Shown: positions 9,109 to 19,540 of the stretch, piece by piece | Numbering within the stretch: position 1 is the first letter of the stretch | Layout of the letters: every line of letters starts with the position of its first letter | The notes under the pieces: model-generated | The model's input: only the letters and a program-made list of their open reading frames with translations | Databases searched by the model: none | What the model was told of the DNA's origin: nothing | From: an uncultured Gammaproteobacteria bacterium | GTDB lineage: Bacteria > Pseudomonadota > Gammaproteobacteria > Chromatiales > Chromatiaceae | DNA length: 64,000 nucleotides | Direction of reading: 5' to 3' | NCBI GenBank assembly: GCA_963714915.1 | Contig: CAVQQM010000008.1 | Location: 23,066 to 87,065 of the forward strand | Made by a program: the position numbers and the translations under genes

Positions 9109-10602
9109 TTGAGCCTCGGCGAAGAGTTGCGCCGCAATACCTTGTGGGTGCTGGCGGGGGACGCCGGTGCACGGCTGGCGACCCTGGCCTTCGGGATCGT
9201 GCTGGCCAGGCTGTTGACCCCGGAGGACTTCGGGCTGGTGGTGACGGTGCAGATCCTCACCGGGGCGCTCGCCTTCGTCGCGGCCCATGGAACGGGCGAT
9301 GCCCTGGTGCGGGCACGCTCCATGAGCGATCGGGACGTTGGCACCGTCTTCGCGATCCAGATCGTCACCTGTCTGGCACTCATGGGCCTGCTGTTCCTCA
9401 TCGCCGCGCCCTTCGCCGCCTGGTTCCGGGACGCTCGGCTGGAGTCACTCCTGCGTCTCGCCGCGGTGACCTTCCTGCTGCGCCCCTTCATCTCGATCCC
9501 CGATGCCCTGCTGCGGCGGGCCATGCGATTCAGGGAGATCTCGCTCCTCATCTTCACCGGCATCGTGGCAACCGGACTCGCCAGCACCGGCTTCGCCATC
9601 GCCGGGATGGGTGCCTGGGGCCTCGTCCTCGGGGGGTTGGTCGGTACCCTGGTGCGCGTCCTGCTGGCCATGCGCCTCGCACGCTGGGTCCCCCGCCTCG
9701 CCTTCGACCCGAGCGCCGCGCGGGTGCTGGGTCTGTTCGGCCTGAAGCTCTCGGCCAACGAGATCCTCCATTATCTGCGTGGTCAGACCGCCAACGCGGT
9801 GGTGAGCCGTCAGCTCGGCGTGGCCCCGGCGGGCCTCTACAACAAGGCCGACAGCCTCGCCGAGATCCCTTACGTGATGGTCAGCGGCTCCGCCCAGGAG
9901 ACCCTGTTCCGCACGCTGGCCGGGGTGCGTAAGGAACTCGAGCGCTGCGCCAATCTGTTCCTGCGCTCCATCACCCTGGTCAGCTTCTATACCCTGCCCT
10001 TCTACGTGGGACTGATCTGGGTCGCCGAGCCCTTCATCGTCCTGCTCTATGGCGAGCACTGGGCCGACGCGGCACTGCCGCTTCAGATCCTCGCGCTCGC
10101 CGGTCTGTTCCGGGTCGTCGCCAACCTCGCGCGCGCGGTCGCCGCCTCCCACAACCTGCTCGGGCGGGAGATCACCATCCAGCTACAGGCCTGGGTGATC
10201 CTGATCATCGGGATCCTCGCCGGCCTGAACTGGGGACTGCCGGGGGTGGCACTCGGGGTGATACCGAGCTTCGTGTTCCATGCCGTGCGGATGTACGGAC
10301 TCGCGGGCGGCGCATTGGGGGTCGGACTGTCCGACCTCGCCGCCGCCTTGCGTCCGGTAGTCGCGCTGAACGCGATCCTCGCCCTGTCTCTCGCGGCCGC
10401 GGATGGATTACTCTCGGCGGCGGGTCTCGACGACGCGCGCATCCTCTATCTCCTCGTCATGGTGCCGCTCGGGACCGGTGTCTACGCCGGGTTGTTTCTG
10501 TGGCGACCCGCGACGGCCCTGCGCACGGAGTCGGAGCGCTGGCGCCAGCAACTGCAAGCCTTGTGGGGACGCCTGCGAAGGCGGGACACGCCAACCCTTT
10601 GA
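9109..10602 (+). CDS. Polysaccharide flippase (Wzx/WzxC-like lipopolysaccharide biosynthesis protein)
   Basis: IVLARLLTPEDFGL, GAWGLVLG, GLYNKA, LLYGEHW motifs and many TM helices; TTG start after GGAG. Confidence 0.88.
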   Translation: MSLGEELRRNTLWVLAGDAGARLATLAFGIVLARLLTPEDFGLVVTVQILTGALAFVAAHGTGDALVRARSMSDRDVGTVFAIQIVTCLALMGLLFLIAAPFAAWFRDARLESLLRLAAVTFLLRPFISIPDALLRRAMRFREISLLIFTGIVATGLASTGFAIAGMGAWGLVLGGLVGTLVRVLLAMRLARWVPRLAFDPSAARVLGLFGLKLSANEILHYLRGQTANAVVSRQLGVAPAGLYNKADSLAEIPYVMVSGSAQETLFRTLAGVRKELERCANLFLRSITLVSFYTLPFYVGLIWVAEPFIVLLYGEHWADAALPLQILALAGLFRVVANLARAVAASHNLLGREITIQLQAWVILIIGILAGLNWGLPGVALGVIPSFVFHAVRMYGLAGGALGVGLSDLAAALRPVVALNAILALSLAAADGLLSAAGLDDARILYLLVMVPLGTGVYAGLFLWRPATALRTESERWRQQLQALWGRLRRRDTPTL

Positions 10603-10649
10603 CACCACCTCAGGCCCAACCCCTGTTCAGCAGTAAGGGAGCCCGCACC

Positions 10650-11603
10650 ATGTGGACCGGCACCACCCTCTCCGGCCCTGGAATCCGTCGACTCTTGGGC
10701 CTTGGCCTCGGCTTTGTGGAAGGGCGGGGGGTGTCCCAGACCGCGTTGGAGCATGGTCTGGCCCGTTATCGGCAACGCCTCGCGGCCGGCAAGGCGCCAC
10801 CCCCTGGGGCCGAGCGTGCCGATCGCCGGCCCAAGCAAGCCCCCGCACCCTCTCTGCCACCGGACACCGGACTGCCCGTGTCGGTGGATCCCTTGCTCTG
10901 GGTCCGATCGGTCCTAGAGATCGGGATGGAGCCGGTGCTCGGGCGCGGGCAATGGGTGATGCTCGGCACCCAGCATCCACCCCTGCCCCCGCGCTACGGC
11001 GGCTATTTCGGATGGTATGTCGTCTTTCATCTGGTGCTGTTCGCGGCGCTGGTGTCGGCGGACATCCGTGGCCGCGCCCTGCCCCTGGCCCTGTTCCTCG
11101 GGGCCTCACTCACGGCCTCGCTCCTGCCCGCCCAGGCCTTCCTGCGCTACTACCTGTTCTGGATGATCCTGCTCGTCTCCCTGAACCTCATCCTGCTCTC
11201 CCAGGGCTCGCTCAAGGCGACCATGAGCCGGCTGCAATTGCTGGTCGGCGTGGTGGGGCTGGCCAGCTTCCTGATGGTGGTCTACGCCACCCGTGCGGAG
11301 TTCATCCAGCCCCGTTTCTATCAGGTCGAGGACCTGCTGGAGGCCCGGCGCGACCCGGCCATCCTCGCCGCGGTGGAGGCCCAGGGCGCATCCTGCCTGG
11401 CGGGGGAGCGCGCCCCCAGGTTCTTCATCTACTCGCGACTCTTCAGCCCGGGGAGCGACCACCGTCTGAAGATGGGTCCCATCGCCGGCCAGCGGCTGGA
11501 TGAGGTCGCCGATATCTGCGGACCCGACTGGCCGGCCGTGATCGTGCGCCGCGATGACGCAGGTCTGGTCGGTGATCCCTACCTGCCCCAAGGGCCTCGA
11601 TGA
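10650..11603 (+). CDS. Hypothetical membrane protein, possibly chimeric or truncated
   Basis: RBS aagggag before ATG 10650; Pro-rich linker followed by several TM helices (GGYFGWYVVFHL, LRYYLFWM). Confidence 0.5.
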   Translation: MWTGTTLSGPGIRRLLGLGLGFVEGRGVSQTALEHGLARYRQRLAAGKAPPPGAERADRRPKQAPAPSLPPDTGLPVSVDPLLWVRSVLEIGMEPVLGRGQWVMLGTQHPPLPPRYGGYFGWYVVFHLVLFAALVSADIRGRALPLALFLGASLTASLLPAQAFLRYYLFWMILLVSLNLILLSQGSLKATMSRLQLLVGVVGLASFLMVVYATRAEFIQPRFYQVEDLLEARRDPAILAAVEAQGASCLAGERAPRFFIYSRLFSPGSDHRLKMGPIAGQRLDEVADICGPDWPAVIVRRDDAGLVGDPYLPQGPR

Positions 11604-14600
11604 TGCATCGCTATCCGCGTTCTTCCATTCTGTGTCTCGGACTCGCCGCCCTGATCGCTTGGCCCTTGGCCGCACCCGCGGCCGAGGCGGATCAGACCGA
11701 GCCCAATCCCCTGCCCCAGATCGCCGCCGCCGCGGACCTCCCGAGCCTGAGCGAGCTCGACGCCCGCATCGAGACCGCCCAGTCGGCGTCCGGCATGGAC
11801 GAGACGGCGAAGAACACCCTGATCGAGCTCTACCGGCGCACCCGTGCGAATCTGGAATCGGCGCGGACGAACCAGGCGCGCGCCAAGGAGTTCACCGACC
11901 TGCTCGAGACGGCCCCCGTCGAGATCAAGTCGATGCAGCAGGAGCTGGGCGAGTCCCCCGAGGCGCCCACCGAAGGGGCAGCATCGGCGGTCGCGGATCT
12001 CTCCGCCGAGGCAGTCGCGCGCCGATTGAGCGAGGTCCAGACGGAGGTCCTGCTCCAGGAGACACGCATCTCCGAGATCGATGATCTGCTCGACGGCGCC
12101 CAGGCGCGTCCCGCCCAGGCACGCACGCGCATCACCGAGTTGAAGCAGACCATCGAGCAGGTCGATTCCGATATGGCGGCCCCTCAAACCGCGGGGCAGA
12201 GCGCGGAGTCGGCCCAAGCCAACGCCTGGGCCCTCAACTCCAAACGCCTGGCGGCCTTGGCGGAGATCCAGGCGATAGAACGGGAGCTGGCGAGTCTGGA
12301 CGTACGCCGGGAGCTGTACCGGTCCCGTCGAGACCTGGCGGAACGGACCCTGAACCGGCTGCGAGCCGAGCGCGCCGAACTGGAGGAGCGCCAGACCGCC
12401 CTGCGCCGGGAGGAGGCCGAGCGTGCCCAACAGGAGGCGGACAAGGCCCAGCAGGAGGCCGTGGGCAAACACCCCCTGATTGCGCAGGCAGCGCTCGAGA
12501 ATGCGGAGATCACCCGCGCCTTGAGCGAGGCGGCGGCGGCACAGGAGCGTTTGAACGCCTCCGCCCAGTCCCTGGAGCGCGAGCGCGAGCGGCTCGAGGC
12601 GGACTACCGGGGCGCCCGGGCGCGTATCGAGGCGGCAGGCTTGAACCGCGCGCTCGGGCAGGTCCTGGTGGACCGCCGCGCGGCCATGCCCGACCTGCGC
12701 GACCTGCGCAAACAGATCAGCGAGCGCGAGGACGCCATCGCGGACGCGACGCTCCGCCAGATTCGCTTCCGGGAGGAACGCCGCCGACTCCAGGACATGG
12801 ACGCCGCCCTGGACGCCCTGACCGAGTCGGATCCAAGCGCGACCGATCCCCAGGTCCGCGACGCCCTGCGGGATCTAATCGTTCAGCGCAAGGCCCTCCT
12901 GGCTGACGCGCTGACGGCCGACGACGCACTCATCCGCAAGCTCACGGAGGTCAATCAATCCGCCTACCGGCTCCTCGACGTCGCGAACGGCTTCCTCGGC
13001 TTCCTCGACAAGCATCTGCTCTGGGTGCGCAGCACCATGCCGCTGGGGATCGAGAACCTGTCGCTGATCCCGGCGAGCGCGGCCCAGCTCCTGTCCGCGA
13101 GCGGCTGGGGCGAGGTGCTGCGCAGCCTGCTCTTCGAGCTTCGGCGCTCGCCGTGGCTGTGGTTGACCCTCGCCCTGGTGGCCCTGCTGTTCTGGAACGC
13201 CTCGCGGCTCAAGCGGGCGATCCGCGCGACGGCCGAGCCCCTGCGGCGGATCCGCACGGACCAGTTCCGTTTCACGGTCGATGCCCTGGGACTCACCCTG
13301 ATCGCCGCCCTGCCACTCTCGCTCCTGATATGGAGCCTGGGGCGCGAGCTCGCCGATTCGCTCGAATCCACCGTCTTCACCCAGGCGGTCGGAAAGGCAC
13401 TCTACGAGGTCGCGTTGGGCCTCTATTTCATGCGCGCCTTCCAGGTCCTGGTGACGCCCGGGGGGCTCGCCGACCGGCACTTCCGCTGGAGCAGCGAGAC
13501 CCTGTCCCTGATCCGCAGGAACCTGCGTTGGTTCATCTTCTTCATCACGCCCGTCGCGGTCGCCGCCTACGCTACCTACTATCTGAACGACCCCGCCGCG
13601 GGCGCCAGCCTCGGCCGTCTGCTCGCCGTCGCGGCCATGCTGAGCACCGCCGTGGTCCTCGGGCGACTGCTCAATCCAAGCACCGGGGTCTTCAGGAACA
13701 TGCTTGCGGAGCATCCCCAGGGCTGGCCGAATCGCCTGCGCATGCTCTGGTATCCGCTGATCCTCGCCACCCCCCTGGGGCTGATCGTGCTCACCCTGAT
13801 CGGCTACCAGTACACGGCGGGGACCCTGTTCCGCTCCCTGGTCGCCACCGCCTGGCTCGCCCTCGCCCTGATCGTTGCGCAGCAGATGATCGTGCGCTGG
13901 CTGATCGTCACGCGGCGCAAGCTGGCCCTGCAGGCGGCGCTGGAGCGTCAGGCCGCACGCCGCGCCCAGGCGGAGCGCGCGGAGTCCGGCAGCGCGGAGA
14001 GCATCGCGCTCTTGCAGGTGGAGGAGCAGGAGGTCGACCTCGCCAGCCTCGACGAGCAGACCCGACGGCTGATCAATGCCCTGCTGGCCTTCGGCGCGAC
14101 CCTCGGCATCTGGCTCATCTGGGCCGAGATGCTGCCGGCCTTCGATGTGCTCGAGCAGGTCCCCCTGTGGCACTACCAAGGGGTGGTGGACGGCACCGCC
14201 CAACCGGTCCCCGTGACCGTGGCCGACGTGGCCCTGGTGGCGCTGATCATCTTCGTGGCCACCGCCGCGGCCCGCAATCTCCCCGCCCTGCTCGAGATCC
14301 TGCTCTTGCAGATGAGCACCGTCAGCGCCGGCTCCCGGTACACCATCCGAACCCTGGTGAGCTATGTCATCACGGCGGCGGCCTTTCTCGCCGCATTCGG
14401 CACCCTGGGCCTGAGCTGGTCCCAGGTGCAATGGCTGGTCGCCGCGCTCGGCGTGGGCATCGGCTTCGGCCTCCAGGAGATCGTCGCCAATTTCATCAGT
14501 GGACTGATCATCCTGTTCGAGCGACCCGTGCGCGTCGGCGACGTGGTCACCATCGGCGATACGACCGGGGTGGTGACCAATATCCAGATCCGCGCCACCA

Positions 14601-15049
14601 CCATCCGCAACTGGGACAAGCAGGAGCTACTGGTGCCCAACAAGGAGTTCATCACCGGCCGGCTGCTGAACTGGACCCTCACCGATCAGCTCAACCGCGT
14701 CACCATCATGGTCGGCGTCGCCTACGGGACCGACATCGAGCGCGCCTTGGCCACCCTGCGGGAGGTTGCCGCCGCCCATCCGCGGGTGCTCGATGACCCG
14801 GAGCCCACGGTCGGGGTCGATGCCTTCGCCGACAATGCCGTCACAGCCGTGCTGCGCTGCCATCTCGACTCCCTGGAGTTTCGTCTGAGCGTCACCAGCG
14901 AGCTGCACCAGGACATCCTCAAGCGCTTTGCTGCCAACGGGATCGAGATCGCGTTCCCCCAGCGCGACATCCACCTCAGGGCGAGCGAGCCCCTCGAGGT
15001 GCGACTCCATCGTGCCTTCAGGCCCCGGGCCAACGACCCTCCCGGTTGA
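11600..15049 (+). CDS. Large mechanosensitive channel, MscK/KefA family
   Basis: Signal peptide, long coiled coil, TM region, MscS core GVGIGFGLQEIVANFISGLIILFERPVRVGD, IRATTI, VPNKEFITG, AFPQRDIH. Confidence 0.93.
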   Translation: MMHRYPRSSILCLGLAALIAWPLAAPAAEADQTEPNPLPQIAAAADLPSLSELDARIETAQSASGMDETAKNTLIELYRRTRANLESARTNQARAKEFTDLLETAPVEIKSMQQELGESPEAPTEGAASAVADLSAEAVARRLSEVQTEVLLQETRISEIDDLLDGAQARPAQARTRITELKQTIEQVDSDMAAPQTAGQSAESAQANAWALNSKRLAALAEIQAIERELASLDVRRELYRSRRDLAERTLNRLRAERAELEERQTALRREEAERAQQEADKAQQEAVGKHPLIAQAALENAEITRALSEAAAAQERLNASAQSLERERERLEADYRGARARIEAAGLNRALGQVLVDRRAAMPDLRDLRKQISEREDAIADATLRQIRFREERRRLQDMDAALDALTESDPSATDPQVRDALRDLIVQRKALLADALTADDALIRKLTEVNQSAYRLLDVANGFLGFLDKHLLWVRSTMPLGIENLSLIPASAAQLLSASGWGEVLRSLLFELRRSPWLWLTLALVALLFWNASRLKRAIRATAEPLRRIRTDQFRFTVDALGLTLIAALPLSLLIWSLGRELADSLESTVFTQAVGKALYEVALGLYFMRAFQVLVTPGGLADRHFRWSSETLSLIRRNLRWFIFFITPVAVAAYATYYLNDPAAGASLGRLLAVAAMLSTAVVLGRLLNPSTGVFRNMLAEHPQGWPNRLRMLWYPLILATPLGLIVLTLIGYQYTAGTLFRSLVATAWLALALIVAQQMIVRWLIVTRRKLALQAALERQAARRAQAERAESGSAESIALLQVEEQEVDLASLDEQTRRLINALLAFGATLGIWLIWAEMLPAFDVLEQVPLWHYQGVVDGTAQPVPVTVADVALVALIIFVATAAARNLPALLEILLLQMSTVSAGSRYTIRTLVSYVITAAAFLAAFGTLGLSWSQVQWLVAALGVGIGFGLQEIVANFISGLIILFERPVRVGDVVTIGDTTGVVTNIQIRATTIRNWDKQELLVPNKEFITGRLLNWTLTDQLNRVTIMVGVAYGTDIERALATLREVAAAHPRVLDDPEPTVGVDAFADNAVTAVLRCHLDSLEFRLSVTSELHQDILKRFAANGIEIAFPQRDIHLRASEPLEVRLHRAFRPRANDPPG

Positions 15050-15236
15050 TCCGGATCCGTCCAGAGCGGGAGAGTCATCCGATGGTAGTCATTGATGTCG
15101 CGACTCATATACAACATGAGAAACACACCATAGATATATGTTCAATAACTACTTCTAGTTTAACTGGCTCGTCATTTCCAGGGTGCGCGGTGCGGCCTTT
15201 TGGTACCATGGCCGCGCAGTAACCCCGGATCCCCGC

Positions 15237-16775
15237 ATGTCCAGTCAACCCGCCCAACCGACCCCGTCCCCTGAGCCCCCCGCGCGCCCCGGCTTCGAGA
15301 CCGTTGCCGCGGTCGACCTGGGCTCCAACAGCTTCCACATGATCGTCGCCCGCATCGACGACGGTCACATGCAGGTGGTGGATCGCATGAAGGAGATGGT
15401 GCGGCTCGGGGAGGGGCTCACCGACAACAAATACCTGCTGCCGGAGGTGGCCGAGCGGGCCCTGGCCTGTCTGGAGCGTTTCGGTCAACGCCTGCGCGGC
15501 TTCGCGCCGGGCAGCGTGCGCGCCGTGGGCACCAACACCCTGCGGCAACTGCGTCCCGAGACCCATTTCGTGGAGAGTGCCGAGAACGCACTCGGGCACC
15601 CTATCGAGATCATCGCCGGACGCGAGGAGGCCCGGCTGATCTATCTCGGCGTGGCCCACGGGCTAGCGGCTGGACCCGAGCGGCGCCTGGTGGTCGACAT
15701 CGGGGGCGGCAGCACCGAGATCATCGTCGGACAGGGCTTCTCCGCGCGTCTGCGCGAGAGCCTGCACATGGGTTGCGTGAGCATGACCCGGCGCTATTTC
15801 GACGACGACCGCATCACGGCCAAGGGGATGCAGAAGGCCGAGCTGGCGGGCGCCCTGGAGGTGCGACCGGTGCGCGAGCTCTTCCGAAAGGCGGGCTGGA
15901 AGACCGCGGTGGGGAGCTCCGGGACCGTCAAGTCCATCGCCGCCGTCGTGACGGCCGAGGGTTGGTCCGAGGACGGGATCTCGGCCGAATCCCTGGACCG
16001 GTTGCGCGACGCCCTGGTGACCGGGGGCAGGACCTCCTCACTCAGCCTGCGGGGACTCTCCGATGAGCGGAAGCCGGTCTTCGCGGGAGGTGTGGCGGTC
16101 CTACATGCCGTGTTCGACACCCTCGGCATCGCACACATGCAGGTATCGGACTACGCCCTGCGCGAGGGTGTGGTCTACGAGATGATGGGCCGCGGCCGCC
16201 ACGAGGATGTGCGCGAGCGCACGGTGGCGACCCTCCAGCGCCAATTCCAGATCGACCGCGACCATGCGCGACGGGTGCAGGCCACGGCCCTCGAGCTGCT
16301 CCGCCAGGTGCGGGAGCCCTGGTCGCTCACCCAACCCAGCCTCGCACTGATGCTGACCTGGGCGGCCCGCCTGCACGAGATCGGGGTGTTGGTCTCACAC
16401 AGCCAGTACCAGAAGCACGGGGCCTACCTACTGGCGAACGCCGATCTTTCCGGATTCACGCGCCAGGAGCAGTCGGTGCTTGCCGCCCTGGTGCAGGGCC
16501 ATCGCCGCAAGTTCCCGCTACAGGCCTTCCTCGCCCTGCCGCGCGGGGTGCAAGAGTCCGCGCGTCGCTTGTGCGTCATCCTCAGACTCGCGGTGCTGCT
16601 CCACCGCGGGCGCTCCATCACCGTCAAGCCCAATCCGGAGCTCCATGCCGAGGGCGATGCGCTCTCCCTCGGCTTTCCGGACGACTGGCTGGAGCTCCAT
16701 CCACTGGCCCGCCTGGAGCTGGAGCAGGAGGCCGCCCTACTCGCGGCGGCCGGCATCAGCCTGGGGTTTCATTAG
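15237..16775 (+). CDS. ppx: Exopolyphosphatase
   Basis: AAVDLGSNSFHM, GREEARLIYLGV, VDIGGGSTE, LREG, HD-like LHEIG. Confidence 0.95.
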   Translation: MSSQPAQPTPSPEPPARPGFETVAAVDLGSNSFHMIVARIDDGHMQVVDRMKEMVRLGEGLTDNKYLLPEVAERALACLERFGQRLRGFAPGSVRAVGTNTLRQLRPETHFVESAENALGHPIEIIAGREEARLIYLGVAHGLAAGPERRLVVDIGGGSTEIIVGQGFSARLRESLHMGCVSMTRRYFDDDRITAKGMQKAELAGALEVRPVRELFRKAGWKTAVGSSGTVKSIAAVVTAEGWSEDGISAESLDRLRDALVTGGRTSSLSLRGLSDERKPVFAGGVAVLHAVFDTLGIAHMQVSDYALREGVVYEMMGRGRHEDVRERTVATLQRQFQIDRDHARRVQATALELLRQVREPWSLTQPSLALMLTWAARLHEIGVLVSHSQYQKHGAYLLANADLSGFTRQEQSVLAALVQGHRRKFPLQAFLALPRGVQESARRLCVILRLAVLLHRGRSITVKPNPELHAEGDALSLGFPDDWLELHPLARLELEQEAALLAAAGISLGFH

Positions 16776-16846
16776 AAGACGCCGATCAAATGCCGTCCTG
16801 GCAAGTGATCGGCTCGCGAGCTGGGAGGCGCGACGCTCGGATCGCT

Positions 16847-17752
16847 CTAGATGCTTGTGGCTGAGGCGGGTCCGCGACCTAGGCCGGACGTCGGACGGGG
16901 CGCGGCCGGGGGACGGCGGTTGCCCAGCCCAGCGATCGCCAGCAGTCCCGCCCGCTCCGTGTCGCTCAAGGCTCGGGCCACACCCGGGAACAGCCTCCGA
17001 CCCAGCTCCACATTCCCGTAGCGCACCCGGATCAGACGGCTCACCTGACAACCCGCGGCCTCCCAGAGCCGTCTGACCTCGCGGTTGCGCCCCTCCCGCA
17101 AGACCACGTGGTACCAGCGGTTGGCGCCGCTGCCGCCGCGCTCCGAGACGCTGTCGAAGCGTGCCGGTCCGTCCGGAAGCTCGATCCCCTCCTTGAGTCG
17201 CTCCAGGGCCCCGGGCGGCACCTCGCCCAGGATGCGCACGGCATACTCCCGCTCCACCTCCTGGGACGGGTGCATGAGCCGATTGGCCAGCTCGCCGTCG
17301 GTGGTGAACAGGATCAGGCCCGAGGTGTTGATGTCGAGCCGGCCGACGGCGATCCAGCGGCCCGTCTTGGGGCGCGGCAGGCGGCGAAAGACCGTCGGCC
17401 GGTTCTCGGGATCGCGGCGGGTGACCAGCTCACCCTCCGGCTTGTGATAGACGATGATCTCTGACTCGCGGGCATCGCGGCGACGCTGGCGGACCTCGTG
17501 GCCGTCGATGCGGATGCGCTCGACCCCAGTCACCCGATCACCCAGCTTGGCGACCCGGCCGTCGACGCGGATGCGGCCCTCGCTGATCCAACCCTCGATC
17601 TCGCGCCGCGAGCCGAGACCCAGATCGGCGAGCACCTTCTGCACACGCTCAGGCGGTCCGGCAACCGGCATGGGCTGCCGCCGGCGGCCCTTGGGAATCT
17701 TTGGCAGGCGGCCCTTGAGCCCGCGCGGCCAGGGACTGTCAGCGGGGCTCAC
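16847..17752 (-). CDS. rluB: 23S rRNA pseudouridine synthase RluB
   Basis: S4 domain GSRREIE, GRLDINTSGL, EGRNREVRR; scpAB operon context. Confidence 0.92.
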   Translation of the reverse strand: MSPADSPWPRGLKGRLPKIPKGRRRQPMPVAGPPERVQKVLADLGLGSRREIEGWISEGRIRVDGRVAKLGDRVTGVERIRIDGHEVRQRRRDARESEIIVYHKPEGELVTRRDPENRPTVFRRLPRPKTGRWIAVGRLDINTSGLILFTTDGELANRLMHPSQEVEREYAVRILGEVPPGALERLKEGIELPDGPARFDSVSERGGSGANRWYHVVLREGRNREVRRLWEAAGCQVSRLIRVRYGNVELGRRLFPGVARALSDTERAGLLAIAGLGNRRPPAAPRPTSGLGRGPASATSI

Positions 17753-18736
17753 TCAGATCTCCGAGACGATCTTGTCGTAGAAGGCGAGCAGGTCGTCCCG
17801 GTTCGGGCCCTCGCTCCACTCGATGGCCGAGCGCGGGTGCTGGTTGAGCTGACCCGTGAGGTTGTAGGGGATGGACGGACCCCAGGAGATCTCCCGGCGC
17901 AGGGGGATCAGATGATGCTGGATCACCTCGATGATGGGGCGCAGATCGAACTTGGGGTTACGCAGGAACCCCAGCAGCAGCTCGGTGTGACAGTTGCCGG
18001 CCCCGCGGCCGAACCCGTAGAGGGTGGCGTCGACCCGGTTGCAGCCCAGGATGATGGCCTCGATGGTGTTGGCGAAGGCGAGCTGCTGGTTGTTGTGGGC
18101 ATGGATGCCGATCTCCTTGCCCGTACCCGCGAGGGCGGCACTGTACTTGTGATACAGCCGGTCGACCTGCTCGCGATAGAGATAACCGAAGCTGTCGACG
18201 ATCACCATGGTGCTGGCCGGGGTGTCGGCGACCGCCTCCAGGACCGTGTCGATCTCCGTCTCGGTGATGTTGGAGACGGCCATCAGATTGGCCGTGGTCT
18301 CATACCCCAGCTCCGAGCAGTGGCGGATCATGTCCACCGCCTCGGAGACCTGATGGGCATAGAAGGCGACCCGGATCATGTCCAGCACGCTATCGGCCGC
18401 CGGCGCAATGGCCGTCTGCCAGTCGCTCTTGCCCGCGTCGGCCATGGCGGCGAGCTTGAGCCCGGTCCCCGCGGCCTCGTGATCCCCCACCACCCGGCGC
18501 AGATCGTCCTCGTCGCAGTGACGCCAGGGGCCGAAGCGGTCCTTGGGGAAGACCTTGGCCGAGTTCTTGTAGCCGATCTCCATGTAGTCCAGACCGGCGT
18601 CCACGCAGGCGCGGTAACAGGCGGCCACGAAGGCGTCGCTGAATTTGTGGGCATTGACCAGACCGCCATCGCGCACGGTGCAATCCATCACCTTGAGCTC
18701 GGGGCGATAGGTGATCCAGGGGGCCTTCTCGGACAT
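17753..18736 (-). CDS. DRE-TIM metallolyase, 4-hydroxy-2-oxovalerate-aldolase-like (HMGL-like), substrate unknown
   Basis: DCTVRDGG, VDSFG, GIHAHNN, GRGAGN. Confidence 0.85.
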   Translation of the reverse strand: MSEKAPWITYRPELKVMDCTVRDGGLVNAHKFSDAFVAACYRACVDAGLDYMEIGYKNSAKVFPKDRFGPWRHCDEDDLRRVVGDHEAAGTGLKLAAMADAGKSDWQTAIAPAADSVLDMIRVAFYAHQVSEAVDMIRHCSELGYETTANLMAVSNITETEIDTVLEAVADTPASTMVIVDSFGYLYREQVDRLYHKYSAALAGTGKEIGIHAHNNQQLAFANTIEAIILGCNRVDATLYGFGRGAGNCHTELLLGFLRNPKFDLRPIIEVIQHHLIPLRREISWGPSIPYNLTGQLNQHPRSAIEWSEGPNRDDLLAFYDKIVSEI

Positions 18737-18820
18737 GGGGCGATCTCCAGGGGACGGGGTGGGTGGGGATTGTCGGGCGCCGGGGCGGCGAGGGCAATGC
18801 GCCGGCCGCCACGCGGGGGG

Positions 18821-19534
18821 CTAATCCGCGGCGTCGCGCCGGCCCTCGGCGGAATCGATCGTCGACCCCGGGTCCGCCCCGAGGTCGCCCCCGGCTGGCG
18901 GCCCCAAGCCTTCCAGGTCGCCCTCCAGGTCGAGCTGATCGCCGAAGAGATCCGGATCGCGGATCTCCGAGAGCGGCGGCAGGTCGTTCAGGGAGCGCAG
19001 CCCGAAATAATCCAGGAACCTGCGGGTGGTCGCGTAGAGTGCCGGGCGTCCTGGGACGTCGCGATGTCCGACCACCCGGACCCATTCGCGCTCGGTCAGG
19101 GTCTTGACGATCTGGGTGCTGACTGCGACCCCGCGGATGTCCTCGATCTCGCCGCGGGTGATCGGCTGGCGATAGGCGATCAGGGCCAGGGTCTCGAGCA
19201 GGGCACGGGAATAACGGGCGGGCTTCTCGTCCCACAGTCGTGCCACCCAAGGGGCGACGGCGGCCCGCACCTGGACCCGCCAGCCACCGGCGACCTGCAC
19301 GATCTCGATGGCGCGCCCCTCGTAGTCCGCGACCAGTGACTCGATGGCGGCGAGCACCTGGGCCCGCTCGGGCCGCTCGTCCTCCGCGAAGAGCGCGAGG
19401 ATCTGATCGAGGGTGAGTGGCCCTCCGGCGGCAAACAGGGCCCCCTCCACGATCCATCTGAGATCCGGCCCGGAAGCACCGCCCTCGCCCGCGTCGGACG
19501 CCGTCATCCCTGCCATGCCGCGCTCAGCGCCCAT
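18821..19534 (-). CDS. scpB: SMC-Scp complex subunit ScpB
   Basis: VEGALFAAG, LETLALIAYRQPITRGEIEDIRGV, PGRPALYATT. Confidence 0.95.
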   Translation of the reverse strand: MGAERGMAGMTASDAGEGGASGPDLRWIVEGALFAAGGPLTLDQILALFAEDERPERAQVLAAIESLVADYEGRAIEIVQVAGGWRVQVRAAVAPWVARLWDEKPARYSRALLETLALIAYRQPITRGEIEDIRGVAVSTQIVKTLTEREWVRVVGHRDVPGRPALYATTRRFLDYFGLRSLNDLPPLSEIRDPDLFGDQLDLEGDLEGLGPPAGGDLGADPGSTIDSAEGRRDAAD

Positions 19535-19540
19535 GGCCGC

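Noticed and set aside
15070-15112. Pho box upstream of ppx (repeated gtcat/tcat)
   Set aside because: The spacing does not match the 11-bp period of Pho boxes.
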